A program made the translations under genes and the position numbers. From assembly GCA_028534125.1 (NCBI GenBank), contig CM052816.1, positions 19,656,001-19,720,000 of the forward strand: DNA of 64,000 nt. The letters run 5' to 3'. This DNA comes from Lama glama (Eukaryota). Of the stretch, positions 52,677-64,000 are shown one piece after another (position 1 is the first letter of the stretch; each line of letters begins with the position of its first letter). The notes under the pieces are model-generated. The model did not search any database, had not been told where the DNA came from, and worked only from the letters and a program-made list of their open reading frames with translations.

Positions 52677-52997
52677 CAGTTGGCCCTCCATTATGAGGAT
52701 TCAACCACAGATGGAAAATATTTGGGGAAAAAAATTCCAGAAAGTTCCAAAAAGCAAAACTTGAATTTGCCCTATACTGGGACCTATTTACATGGCATTT
52801 ACATTATTTACAACTATTGGCTTATCATTTACATTGTATTAGGTATTATAAGTATGAGAGATCACTTAAAATATACTGGAGAATGTGTGTAGGTTACGTG
52901 TAAATACTATACGAATACTATGACATTTTATATAAGGGACTTGAGGATGGGGCAAAGGGGCCTGGAACCAATCCTCTAGGACACCAACGGACGACTG
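52677..52997. mobile_element. MER2/Tigger-type non-autonomous DNA transposon
   Basis: TA|CAGTTGGCCCTCC ... GGACGACTG|TA: terminal inverted repeats with TA target duplication. Confidence 0.7.
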
Positions 52998-53319
52998 TAA
53001 TGCACTGGGGCTTGCCAAAATTCTGCAAAACATGATCAAGCAGAGTTTGGCCTTTATATTTCTAGTATTGTTTGATTTTGAGAGAGAAGTGTGTATAGTT
53101 TACAGATAGTATACTGATCTTGTGGAATTTGTACATATTTTAATCATAAGCCTGACAAAATTGTGTAGAAAATTATGATTAATTTCTTCTAGTGGAATTT
53201 CTTTACCTGTATTTGAAAGAAACTATTCTAGTGCCTTTTCTGCTGACAGTGATGATATTGTTAATATTTAAATAAAATCAGAACATCATTAAAAACTTTT
53301 TCATATTAGAAGTTATTAA

Positions 53320-53636
53320 TGTATGTGGAATCTAAAAAAAAATGACACAAATGTACTTATTTATAAAACAGAAACAGACTCACAGACATAGAAAACAAAC
53401 TTAAGGTTACCGGGGTACGGCAGGCAGAGAGAGAAAGTGGGAGTTTGGGATTTGCAGATACCAACTACTGTACATAAAATAGATAAACAATCCTACTGTA
53501 TAGCACAAGGAACTATATTCAATACCTTGCAACAGACTATAATGAAAAAGAATATGAAAAAGAACATATTATATAACTTAGTCACTATGCTGTACACCAG
53601 AAATTAACACATTGTAAACTGACTACAATTTTTTTA
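53320..53636 (+). mobile_element. 5'-truncated L1 3' end
   Basis: GTGGAATCTAAAAAA...ACAGACTCACAGACATAGAAAACAAAC; TSD AAGTT(A/G)TTAA. Confidence 0.8.
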
Positions 53637-54877
53637 AAAGTTGTTAAAACTGAAGTTAATTTGAAAACTGGCATTTAAAGTTTTATGTTTTGAATGTCAG
53701 TTAATTTAGTCTGAACTGTGTAGTATTCAAAGTGTTTTCATATACATTATTGTATTTAATCATTTGCACCATTCTGTGAGGCAGGTGGTATTTCCCCTTT
53801 ATGTAGGATCAAACTTGGGCTCAGGAAGATTGGCATTCCCAGAATGAAATAATAGTATTTCAAAAGATGCATATTAACTTTAGATTTTTAAAATTCTAGG
53901 ATAGGTACTCCATCCATTTTACTACAGTTCTACCATGCATTGCTTCCTGAAGTTACTAATGTATTGATCCTAGAATCCTGTTCTGATAATTGTATTTGCC
54001 TCTTTAGAATATTATAGCTTTTATTTTCTCCCAGCACTACTTTCTGGAATATTTGTATCTTGTCATCTTATGTGTATTTTTTCCTCAGGTGTATTTTTTT
54101 TAAGTTCAAACCTAAATGACTTTGCTAAATTACTTATATTAACTACCTGTAAATATTAAAAGTCCATGTGAATTTTTAAGTTAATTTTCTTTAATTTTTT
54201 AATAATAGCTTTTTTGAGAGAGAGTATATACCATAAAATTTACCCTTGTAAGTGTACAATTTAGTGTCTTTGGTATATTCATAACATTGTGCAACCAGCA
54301 TCACTAACTTCAGAACATTTTCATCACCCCAAAAGAAACCCATTAGCAGCCAGTCCCCATTTCCTTTTCCCCCTAATCTGACAACCACTAATCTGCTTAC
54401 TGTAAAGATTTGCCTATTCTGGACATTCCATATAAATGCAATCATCCACATAAGTTTAATGGGACAAGACTTTAAGAAGTTTTTGTAATCTGAGAATTTC
54501 TGTTCCATTACACCCTTTGGACTGATTTTCATGTTACTTGAGTAGATCACTTCTAATCTGCATAGCGACTTTTCTTGTTTGGTGCTCATGCAATAAATAA
54601 ATCTGCTGACGTGTATATGTTTCCTTGTTCGTGACCTTTGCTTTTCACATGTCTTAATAGTGTGTTCATGGTGTTGTGTAACCTGTTCTCAGGGCTCAGG
54701 TATCTGTTTGTGGCTAAGTAACTTTTATTCTTAGTCGGGCATTTTTACTTCTACTTTAAAGTGGCTAATGACTCCTAGCTTGTTTTAAGGATCTTAGAAA
54801 CCATAACTTTTTTAGAAAATATAAATATCTCGTTATCCTTTTTGTTAATATAAATTTGAAAAAATTTAACCCATTAT

Positions 54878-54990
54878 ATTTATGTATTTATGTATGTATT
54901 TATGTATTTATTTAGTGGAGGTGCTGGGGATTGAACCCAGACCTCATGCATGCTAAGCACACAGTCTACCACTGAGCTGTACCCTCCCCC
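54878..54990 (-). mobile_element. tRNA-derived SINE (Vic-1-like)
   Basis: A and B boxes; (TATG/TATT)n tail. Confidence 0.84.
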
Positions 54991-55849
54991 TTTATTATCT
55001 TCTAAAGAAGAGTTTCCTCATGTATGTTACTAGATTATTTACGTTGGGACAAATTTTACAACAGCAAATTGGTACCATCCTTATGCCGAAAATCCTTTTA
55101 CCTTCATGTCTTACCCACTCCACCTTCCACCAGTCCTCATGGCTCTCACCTACCAACAGTCATCCTCAGTGAGGACTTTGCCACTTGATTCACAGTCTTG
55201 CTTTGTATAGCACTGCCCTCCAGTCTTCTAGATGATGCAACTGCCTGTCAGTGTGGACAGTGTGCCCTGTAGCACAGCCTCCCATATCTTTCATCCAGTT
55301 CTCTTCAGCTGTCCATGCTGGAGCCAGGTCTTGGAACTTGCCACCACCCAGATGTGATCCTTTCTTGAACTCTGAACCCCACGTTTTTCTGTTTGCTGGC
55401 ACAATTCTGACCCACCTTTCACTTCTCGCACCCGTTTACTTCACCTACACCTGCTTTTCGACTAAAGGCTTTTCCCGTGTTCTCCCAGTTCTATTCTCTG
55501 AGGAGCCTGCCTTTGATCCCTACCCCATTCCCATATACTGTCTGCCTTTACACCTCTATCCACTCAGCCTGAACTTCTGATCAGATCACTTCAGAGGATG
55601 CTGTGTCACTAGTACTCTCAAGGTGCTGTTCCCCTGTCTTTTCTCAGTTGCTGTTCTGAAAGTCCCTAAATCCCCATTCACTCAATGTTTCTTTCTCATT
55701 CACTCATGTTCTCTAAAGCTGAGCACTGCTGAGAGGGTTGGGTAGGGGAGGGATAGAAATCAGTGCAGATTGGCACTGCTGTGGGTGTTTTTCAATCCTA
55801 GCAATTGGCTCTTTTTAGCAATCTTTAAACTTGATCTTTTCCCCACAGT

Positions 55850-55962
55850 TAATTAATAAATTTATTTGTTTTGGGGGGGAGGTAACTAGAGGTACTGGGG
55901 ATTGAATTTAGGACCTTGTGTATGCTAAGCATGCAGTCTACCACTTGAGCTAGATCCTCCCC
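55850..55962 (-). mobile_element. tRNA-derived SINE (Vic-1-like), internally shortened
   Basis: Recognisable head and GGGGGGAGGTAA tail. Confidence 0.8.
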
Positions 55963-56142
55963 TGCTCCACAGGAGCTATTCTAATCCTCACTCTGCTCCC
56001 CAGAATTTCTCCACACCCCATTTGTCTTTGGATTTGGATTCCTGCCACCTCCACTAGACATTTCCTGGCCTGCCTTCTTATCTTAGAGGATGAGTGTGCT
56101 CTCAGCACAGGCTCCTCTTGAGACTTTGCTCCTATTGGTTAA

Positions 56143-56145
<3 letters not shown>

Positions 56146-56195
<50 letters not shown>
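56146..56195. repeat. (CT)n microsatellite
   Basis: About 25 uninterrupted CT units. Confidence 0.95.
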
Positions 56196-56201
<6 letters not shown>

Positions 56202-56988
56202 AACCTCTCCCTTGCCACTAGCTTCTTCCTTTCAGTTTATCAACATTCTCAAACCTCACCCTTCCCTCAGAAGAAAATCTCCTTTCCTTTATCCCATTTC
56301 AAATTTTTGAAAGAGGAATTTCCTGCCTCCACCTATTAACCTCCTATCCCATTCTCTTCTCAGTAATAGCAGCAACCAGGTGTTAAATACTTATTTTGTG
56401 TGTTTTATCTCATTTGATCTTTAAAACACACTTAAGAGATTTTTAACTTGTCCAAGGTGACACAGCTCTGCTGTGCTTTAAGTACTGGCCATAGGCTCTC
56501 CCGTACTACCACTCCACTGCAGGCTACTCATGCTCTCAACAGTTGTCTTCTTGTCACCAAAGCTAGCTGTGACCTCTCTGCACTTAATGTGGCTAACTTC
56601 TTTCCTTGCCTCTCTCTTCTAGTTCTTTTACCCTTCTTGGGTTCTGCTGGTGCTCCCATGTGTATCTTAAAGACCATCTCAAGTGAGAGTTGATTTCTTC
56701 CTAGCATTCGGATGGTGCTTGAGGCAGGAGGACTTCAGGCAGAGATGGCGGGAGAACATTCTGATGTTGGGAAGGATAATGGGCAGAGGTTTTAAGGTAG
56801 TAAAGTACAGGTCACTAGCAGTGAATGGCAAGCAATTTACTTTGGCCCAGGGAAGTAGGGAAATAATATGTATTAAGCTTGGAGAGGTGGCTAAGAGATA
56901 CCCAGTGGAATCTGGAATACTGGACTAGGAGTTTGATTGTATCATTTCTTAGCTCACAAACCTCTGATGGCCCTCCATCCACAAGCAT

Positions 56989-57116
56989 AGAGTGGCCATA
57001 TAATTTAACACCTAAATCAGCATCCTATTGAACGTGAAAGGAAGCACTATTAATAATTACACTGAGATAACTTTGCTGAGACTGTCCCCAGCAAACTGGG
57101 AGTTACAGTCACCCTG
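56989..57116. mobile_element. MER81-like hAT MITE
   Basis: AGAGTGGCCATATAATTT...GTCACCCTG degenerate inverted ends. Confidence 0.5.
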
Positions 57117-58081
57117 ACTATACAACAGATTCAAGATGACATTTTGGTGAAGCTACTTTGGAGGGTATGTATAGATGGGGAGAAACACATTTGGATACTA
57201 AGATGGTAGTTTAGGAAAGTGATGTAAAGTTCTTCATCAGGTAGCTCCTGTGGGAATCAACGCTTGAGACTTCACCACAGAAACTGAGAGAATTGAGGAA
57301 TAACTAGATGTGGGATGTGAGGGAGAGGAAGGAATTACATGTCAGAGTCATGAGCTGGAGTAATTAAAAAATGGTACGTAATCATTTAAACAACTTTAAA
57401 ACTATTGTTAAAAAGCTTTAGAGAGTCAGTGCAGTGTAAGGAAAGGGGGATGGACATGGAAGTCAGAAAGACTCAGGTCTGAAATTTAGATGTGCCAATC
57501 ACTAACAGTTGAGTTTTATTTACTGTAACTTTAGCTTCTTCAGTAAAATGGGAACATGATATATTCATTTTGAAAGGTTGTTGGGGTGTTTAGCGGTGAT
57601 AAAGTGCCTAGGACTGTGGGCCGTATAGGAGAAGAAATAATAACAACAGCTAAAATTGGTACCTCCTCGGTGCCAGATACTCAATGCTTTGTGTGTAGTA
57701 ATTAATCTTCAACACAACCATCTCGGGTAGGTACTATAATCCCCATTTTACAGATGAGGAAAGTGAAGTAGCTTACCTAAGGTGGATGGCAAATGGTAAA
57801 GCCCTAGCTCCAGAGCTCCTGCTCTTAAGCTCTAGGCCATAATGCCATAGGGGTTCAGTAAATGGTAACTGATTTTTTTTGTTTATTTTGCTTTGTTTTA
57901 TTAAATTGAAAGACTGACTTCGTATTGTTTCTTCTTAAAAGTAGCAGGCATGAAGAACACATGTCTAAATTTAGTCTCAGATTTGTTTATTAATCTGGCT
58001 CCTGCCTCACTAATTAGCACCTGTTGATTTTTACTCTGTTTGTGGTCCCTAACCCCAATCATATCATTTAACAATTCCTGT

Positions 58082-58191
58082 GGGGAGGGTATAGTGCAAG
58101 TGGTAGAGCATATGCTTAGCATGTATGAGGTCGTGGGTTCAATCCCCAGTACCTCCTCTAAAAAGATAAATAAACCTAAAAAAACAAAACA
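58082..58191 (+). mobile_element. tRNA-derived SINE (Vic-1-like)
   Basis: GGGGAGGGTATAG..GTGGTAGAG..GGTTCAATCCCC; TSD AACA(A/G)TTCCTG. Confidence 0.88.
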
Positions 58192-60269
58192 AACAGTTCC
58201 TGACTTTTTGCTGTACCCATTCAGTTTCAAGATTCAGGCTAAACATCATCCAAGAAACCTGTCCTTAGCTGTACCTTGATGCTGCCATAGAGGACTTTGG
58301 ATGTAGAAACAAGCAGGACTGGTTTTCTTTTTTTATATTTAATATGTAAAGAGCACTTGTGAGCATACCATGCCTCTGGTTGGTATGCTCACAAATACAT
58401 CATATCTCTTCTATTATTTATTTTTATTATTTTGTTTTTATGCTCTTATGATCATTAATCCTTTAGTAGTTTAGGATTTAAAATATGGGCGGGTTTTTCC
58501 TTTTATTTGTGTAAGTCTTGAAACTCTATAAGGTAAGTTGTTACCATTTTAGATAATATCCTATTCAGTTTTAAAATTTTTCAGTTCAATTGCCTATGTG
58601 TAGCTAACTTATCAGTCTATAACCTTTTTGAGAGAAAGAGCCATGTTTGTCATCAGTATTTGTACTCCTCATGATGTCCAGCTTGGATGTAATGTGAGCA
58701 TGGTAAATATGTACTGAATTTAATATATCAACACACTTCTCCTTTGAGTCTCTACAGTGAAAATTATGATGATACCCTAAAAATCTTTGGATAAAATGAG
58801 CCACTTGTATATATTATCTCTGACTACAAGTTTCAATTTATACATGACCTAAAATGATAATTAGTAGAAGGAGGTGTAATTTTGAACTTGAGTAAAATAA
58901 GAACTTCTGAGACAGTAGATTCTTGTGTATTTATGCTGCTGTTGTAGTTCTCATTCTTGTGATACTGGCACGTGAAACTATTCATAATTTGCCAGTCACT
59001 CTGTTTTAAACAGGATTTGGCTAGTTGCGAAAACAAAATTCTTCATATACTAGTTCAACTAAGAAGGGGATGATAGAAGAGGGAGAGACTGTTGTCAGGA
59101 TCCTGGCACTCTCCTAGTAAATACTGCTAGGCCTTGTACAAGCTGGAGGTAGGTTGTCTCTTTCCTCTGTGTTTCATTCTCAAGGTGATATGGTCTCTTA
59201 ACATCTTATCCTCCAGGAATTCTAAGTTTGGTGGGCCCATCTGTGTCCAGCTTGGCAGCTCACCAGAGGGAGAGGTGTTAAAGAAAGCAGTGTTGTGTGT
59301 CATACTTTGTCTAAAGAATATCAAAGATAGCACAATCCTACAAACTTTCTGGACTTGACCCAAGTTTTGGGCCTGGGTTCTTTTGTTCAGCTCTAGAAAA
59401 TGAACTTTGTTGATCTAAAAGCGTATTTTTATATAAGTGATCTTTCTTTTCTCAAGAGTCTTTTTTCTCTTATTTTCCATATTAGCTATATTAGTTTATC
59501 AAGCACGTGTCAAGTAAATGCTGAATTGAACTATCCTGTGCATTTCTACTGCGATTTCATAATTTTTTTTTACATTTAGTAACATGATTAAAATTTGAAA
59601 TATGCAGGAAGATAATAACCCCCCAAATTTACTGTCTGGTACCAACTGTTACAAAAGACCAAAAGAAATAGAAAAAGGGTTTTTACACCACATAGGTATT
59701 ATTAGACTTAGAAATTTCATGATCATGAATTTCCTTTCTTCTCTTTTTTCCCTTCTTTCCCTTCCCCCACTCCAAGGTTTTGGTAAATATTTCATAGGCC
59801 ATATATAGTGTATTTGATTTACTACTGAACATAGATTATCTCCAAAATTTTTCCTGTGTAACACTTTGATGCACATCTTTATACATAAAGCCTTTCCATA
59901 GTTAGGACAATTTCTAAAAGTAGAATTCTTGGGTCAAATGGTATGGTACAGTATTGCCAAATTGGTTTTGAAAAAGATTTGTACCATTTTATACTGCCAC
60001 TAAGAATGTTTTCTAGTCCTGATTGTTATAATTCTTTTTCACATTTGCTACTTTGATGGGCAAAGAATGGTCTCTACATGATATTTTAATTGGATTTTGT
60101 TTTTTATGCATCAATATAGATGAAGTTAGACCAATATAGATATGGTTAGATAAGAATAACTTTGGATAAGAGTAAGGTTGTTGCAGGATTATTTACTCAA
60201 AGTTAATGTTTAATGTTGGCTACTAAATTCAAAACACTTTTTTCTCCCCAGATCCTATAAGATTTGGAT

Positions 60270-60327
60270 ATGTCCTTCATATTTGACTGGATTTACAGTG
60301 GTTTCAGCAGTGTGCTACAGTTTTTAG
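60270..60327 (+). CDS. SAR1B: SAR1B first coding exon (exon spans 60252-60327), MSFIFDWIYSGFSSVLQFL-G; N-terminal amphipathic helix of the COPII small GTPase
   Basis: Acceptor tttttctccccag|AT, ATG at 60270, donor TAG|GTAACG; peptide matches the SAR1B (not SAR1A) N-terminus as I recall it; adjacency to SEC24A fits known synteny. Confidence 0.95.
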
Positions 60328-61731
60328 GTAACGTTGGCAATTTGTTCTCTTCTGTTATCCCATTTAATCCTACTTATATAAAAATGTCTTTTATTTGTCT
60401 AGAGCCTCTGTGTTATATAACCTAGTAGTTATAAATGTGGGCTCTAAAATCATACATTTTAAGTTACTCATTATACTTGTTATAAAGTGTGTAATCTTTG
60501 ACAAATTACTTTCTCCACTTTAGCCTTAATTTTCTTATCTGTTAAAATAGTAATAATTGCTACCTCTGAAGGTTGTTGATAGAATATTAACAGGAATAGC
60601 TACCATTTATTAGCCAGTTTATCAAAGAGCTTTAATCTCATTTAATCCTCACAAGAATCCAATGCATTATTTTTTAATTATAAACATGCATGATCCATGA
60701 ATGCCTTGTATATCATAAATGACAGTTTATAACCTGCTAAATGAGATTTGTTTACCCAACAGTTCTGACTAGTGATTTTCCTCTCTTTATACATTTTAAA
60801 GATAGGAAAAATCTTAGCTTCTTTTTTTTTTTTACTGACATCCTTGACTTAACACGTTTTTCAGTGAAACAGGCTTTTGATTAACTTTTATGTTGGGATA
60901 TGCACAACATTATTATTGTAATAACTAATGAAAATATTTCTCATCTCTCTTTTCAAATTTTGCCCTAAGTTTAGTCTCTCTGTAATCATCTTGTGAACTG
61001 GCTGAAAGAGAAGCATTTCATGTAATTACAGGGTGGTCAACATAGTTTCAAACTGACCACTGTTGTACTTATGGAATGGTGTCTCCTATGCAAATATTCT
61101 TTCTCCACAAACATAATCTTAACCTGGAAAATAAATTGTGTTTGGGAAATATAAATTTTTTTGACTACTGTATATTAAAGGGATAAAAATGTAAGCTCAA
61201 ATTTTGTCACTGTATTTTTATTTCTTAGTTGAACTTTAACATTTGCAAATTTTAAAAACCCAGGATGTTTTCTTTTTCTTTTTAAAAATGAAATTCTTCA
61301 CACTATTTTATACTACTGCTCTACTACAGATCAAATGTCAGATCTCTCTATACTACCAAGAGAATTCTTAAATCTTTCTATCAGACTGAAATATTTTGTC
61401 ACGTATTTGTAACAACTGGGTCAGAAATAGGGCTTTTTAAACTATATTATACTGGGATTTGTGGTTATAACAGGTTGGAATCTCTATCTCAGTTTACAGA
61501 ACAATGAATCTATGTGAATTATGTTGAAAAGGCAAAACAGATTGCATCATAATCAGGAACAAGAAAGTTAATAGTGCTAACACTAGGAAGCAGTGTAGAG
61601 AAATGGAAATGAACCAAAGCTATGGGATTAGACTTGCGTTCAAATCTCAGATCTGACTCTAGCATTTAAACAAGTTAACTCTGAGTCTTCATCATTTCCC
61701 CACTGTGAAAAAGAGGATAATGCTACTTCAA

Positions 61732-63051
61732 CAAGATCGACCCAAAGAGGAATACAACAAGGCACATAATATTCAAATTGACAAAAATTAAGGATAAGGG
61801 GAAAATAATTAAAATCAATAAGAGAAAAGCAACAAATAACATACAAAGGAACCTCCTGTAAGGTTATCAGCTGATTTTTCAGCAGACTCTACAGGCCAAG
61901 AGGGAATGCCACAATATATTTAAAGTGATGAAAGGGAAAAACTTACAACCAAGAATACTCTATCCAGCAAGGCTCTCGTTTAGATTTGATGAAGAAATCA
62001 GTAGCTTCACAGACAGACAAAAGCTAAAGTAATTCAGCACCACCAAACCAGCTTTACCACAAATGTTAAAGGAACTTCCCTAGTCATCAAACTACAAGAA
62101 AAGAGAACAAAAAGAAGAAAGAGAAAAAAAAGACCTACAAAAGATTGTTTTGGCAATTCAAGATCTTTTATGATTCCATATAAATTTTGGAATTGTTTGT
62201 TCTAGTTCTGTGAAAAATGTTATATGAGTATTTTGACAAAGGTTGCATTGGATCTGTAGATTGCTTTGTGTAGTATGACCATTTTGATAATGTTGATTCT
62301 TCCAATCCAAGAGCACAAGATACCTTTCCATTTCTTTGTATCATCTTCAACTTCCTTCATCAGTGTTTTACAGTTTTCAGAGTACAGGTAACCTCCTTGG
62401 TTAGGTTTATTTCTAGGTATTTTGTTGTTTTTGATGCAGTGGAAATGTTTATGCCAGTTCTAAAATTCTGATTTTTAAAGTGCAAAAAAAGAAAAAGAAA
62501 AAAGCGAATTAAGGGCTGCATATGGCAAAATATCCTTCTTTTTTGTGGGTGAGTTGTGTTCCATTGCATATAAATGTTACATCTTCATTATCCATTCACC
62601 TATTGATGTGCACTTAGGACGCTTCCATGTCTTGCCAATTGTAAATATTGCTTCTATTAATAGCAGGGTGTTATGTATCTTTTTGAATTAATGTTTTTGT
62701 TTTTCTTGGGTATAGCCCCAGGAGTGGAATTGCTGGGCTATATGGTGGTTCTGTTTTTGGGTTTTTGAGAAAACTCCGTATTGTTTTCCGTGGTGGCTGC
62801 ACCAATTTACATTACCACTAATAGTGTACAGGGGTTCCTTTTTCTCCACATCCTTGCCAACATTTGTTATTTGTGTTCTTTTTGATGATCACTATTCTGA
62901 CAGGTGTGAGATGGTGTCTCATTGTGGTTTTGATTTGCATTTCCCTGATATTGGTGATATTGAGCAGCTTATCTTGTTCCTGTTGGCCATCTGCATTTCC
63001 TCTTCTGGAAAAATGTCTGTTCATTCCTTCTGCCCATAATTAAAAAAAAAA
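61732..63051 (+). mobile_element. Rearranged L1-derived composite, copy 2, inserted in a MIR remnant
   Basis: Same segment order and junctions as 10600-11880; A10 tail 63042-63051; candidate TSD ACTTCAA at 61725-61731 and 63055-63061. Confidence 0.8.
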
Positions 63052-63619
63052 GGCACTTCAAAGAGTTACTTTGAGGATTAAATGAAATAATTTATGCAGG
63101 TGCTTAATAGTACCTACCACAAAATAGGAATTTAGTCCAACTGAGTTTAACGATTAAAGATTAAATGTTCTTTCTACTTGTTGCCTTTTGGAATCTTAAC
63201 CAGCACACTTTTACTACTTAAAAGCTAGAATGGTAAGCTTGATTGCATCAGTTAGAAATAATCTATGTAGACATCACTTAAGAACTAGAAATATTTAAAG
63301 AAATTATTAGTCAGTATTCATAATTAAAGGAGAGATGTAGTACCCCAGCTCAAGTAAATATGGAAGGCAGTCTTCTCCTTAAGATCAGAATTGTTGGTCA
63401 ACAGGTGATCAAAAGATAGAACTTTAAGTAATTTACTTCTTAAACTTGAATGTGGGTAAAGAACTAGATGTTATTTTGACAGGAACTTACTAGAAAATGG
63501 ATGGCCTGAATCTTTAATTGCCTAGTGTCTTAACATTTTCAATTATTGGTTGTGTAAATATATTTTTGAGCTGCTACAGTGTTCCTCATGTAATTTCGTG
63601 AGTGTTAGACAATTAAACA

Positions 63620-64000
63620 CATGAAAAATTAAGTTCAGTACTACTGCATACTTGTTAAAATGCCCAAAGTCCAGACACTGACAACACTAAATGCTGGTGA
63701 GGATGTGAAACAACAGGAACACTCATTCATTGCTAGTGGGAATGCAAAATGGTACAGCCACTTTGGAAGACAGTTTGTTGATTTCTTATAAAATTAAACA
63801 TACTCTTACATTCAGTCCAGCAATCATGCTCCTTGGTATTTACCCAAAGGAGTTGAAAACTTATGTCTACCCAAAAATCTGCACACAGATGTTTATAGCA
63901 GCTTTATTAATAATTGCCAAAATTTGGAAGCAGCCAAGATGTCTTTTGTTGGGTGAGTGGATAAATAAACAATGGTATATCCAGACAATGGAGTATTATT
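63620..64000 (+). mobile_element. Old L1 ORF2 3' fragment (runs off the window)
   Basis: AAATGCTGGTGAGGATGTG...GGAAGCAGCCAAGATGTC. Confidence 0.8.

Noticed and set aside
1..64000. CRISPR arrays, operons, rRNA or other prokaryote-type systems
   Set aside because: The sequence is intron-rich mammalian DNA; no repeat-spacer array or long ORF cluster is present.

Overview
Mammalian genomic DNA. A camelid is the likely source, inferred from 11 copies of a short tRNA-derived SINE resembling the camelid Vic-1 family. The window holds two divergently transcribed COPII coat genes. SEC24A lies on the minus strand: coding exons 1-15 span 41896 to 483, all with GT-AG boundaries and consistent phases, and the gene continues past the left edge. 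SAR1B lies on the plus strand: CpG-island exon 1 is near 49.8-49.95 kb and the first coding exon is 60270-60327, with the gene continuing past the right edge. The rest is intronic or intergenic sequence rich in L1, L2, MIR, SINE and DNA-transposon remnants, plus a decayed class I endogenous retrovirus in SEC24A intron 1. No new protein-coding system is evident. The most unusual signals are retrotransposition-related: a scrambled sense/antisense L1 mosaic present twice about 51 kb apart with shared junctions (candidate non-autonomous family), two TSD-flanked poly(A)-tailed inserts of unrecognised sequence, and an internally primed L1 ORF2 fragment. Repeat-family names are from memory of consensus sequences, not from a search, and repeat boundaries are approximate.
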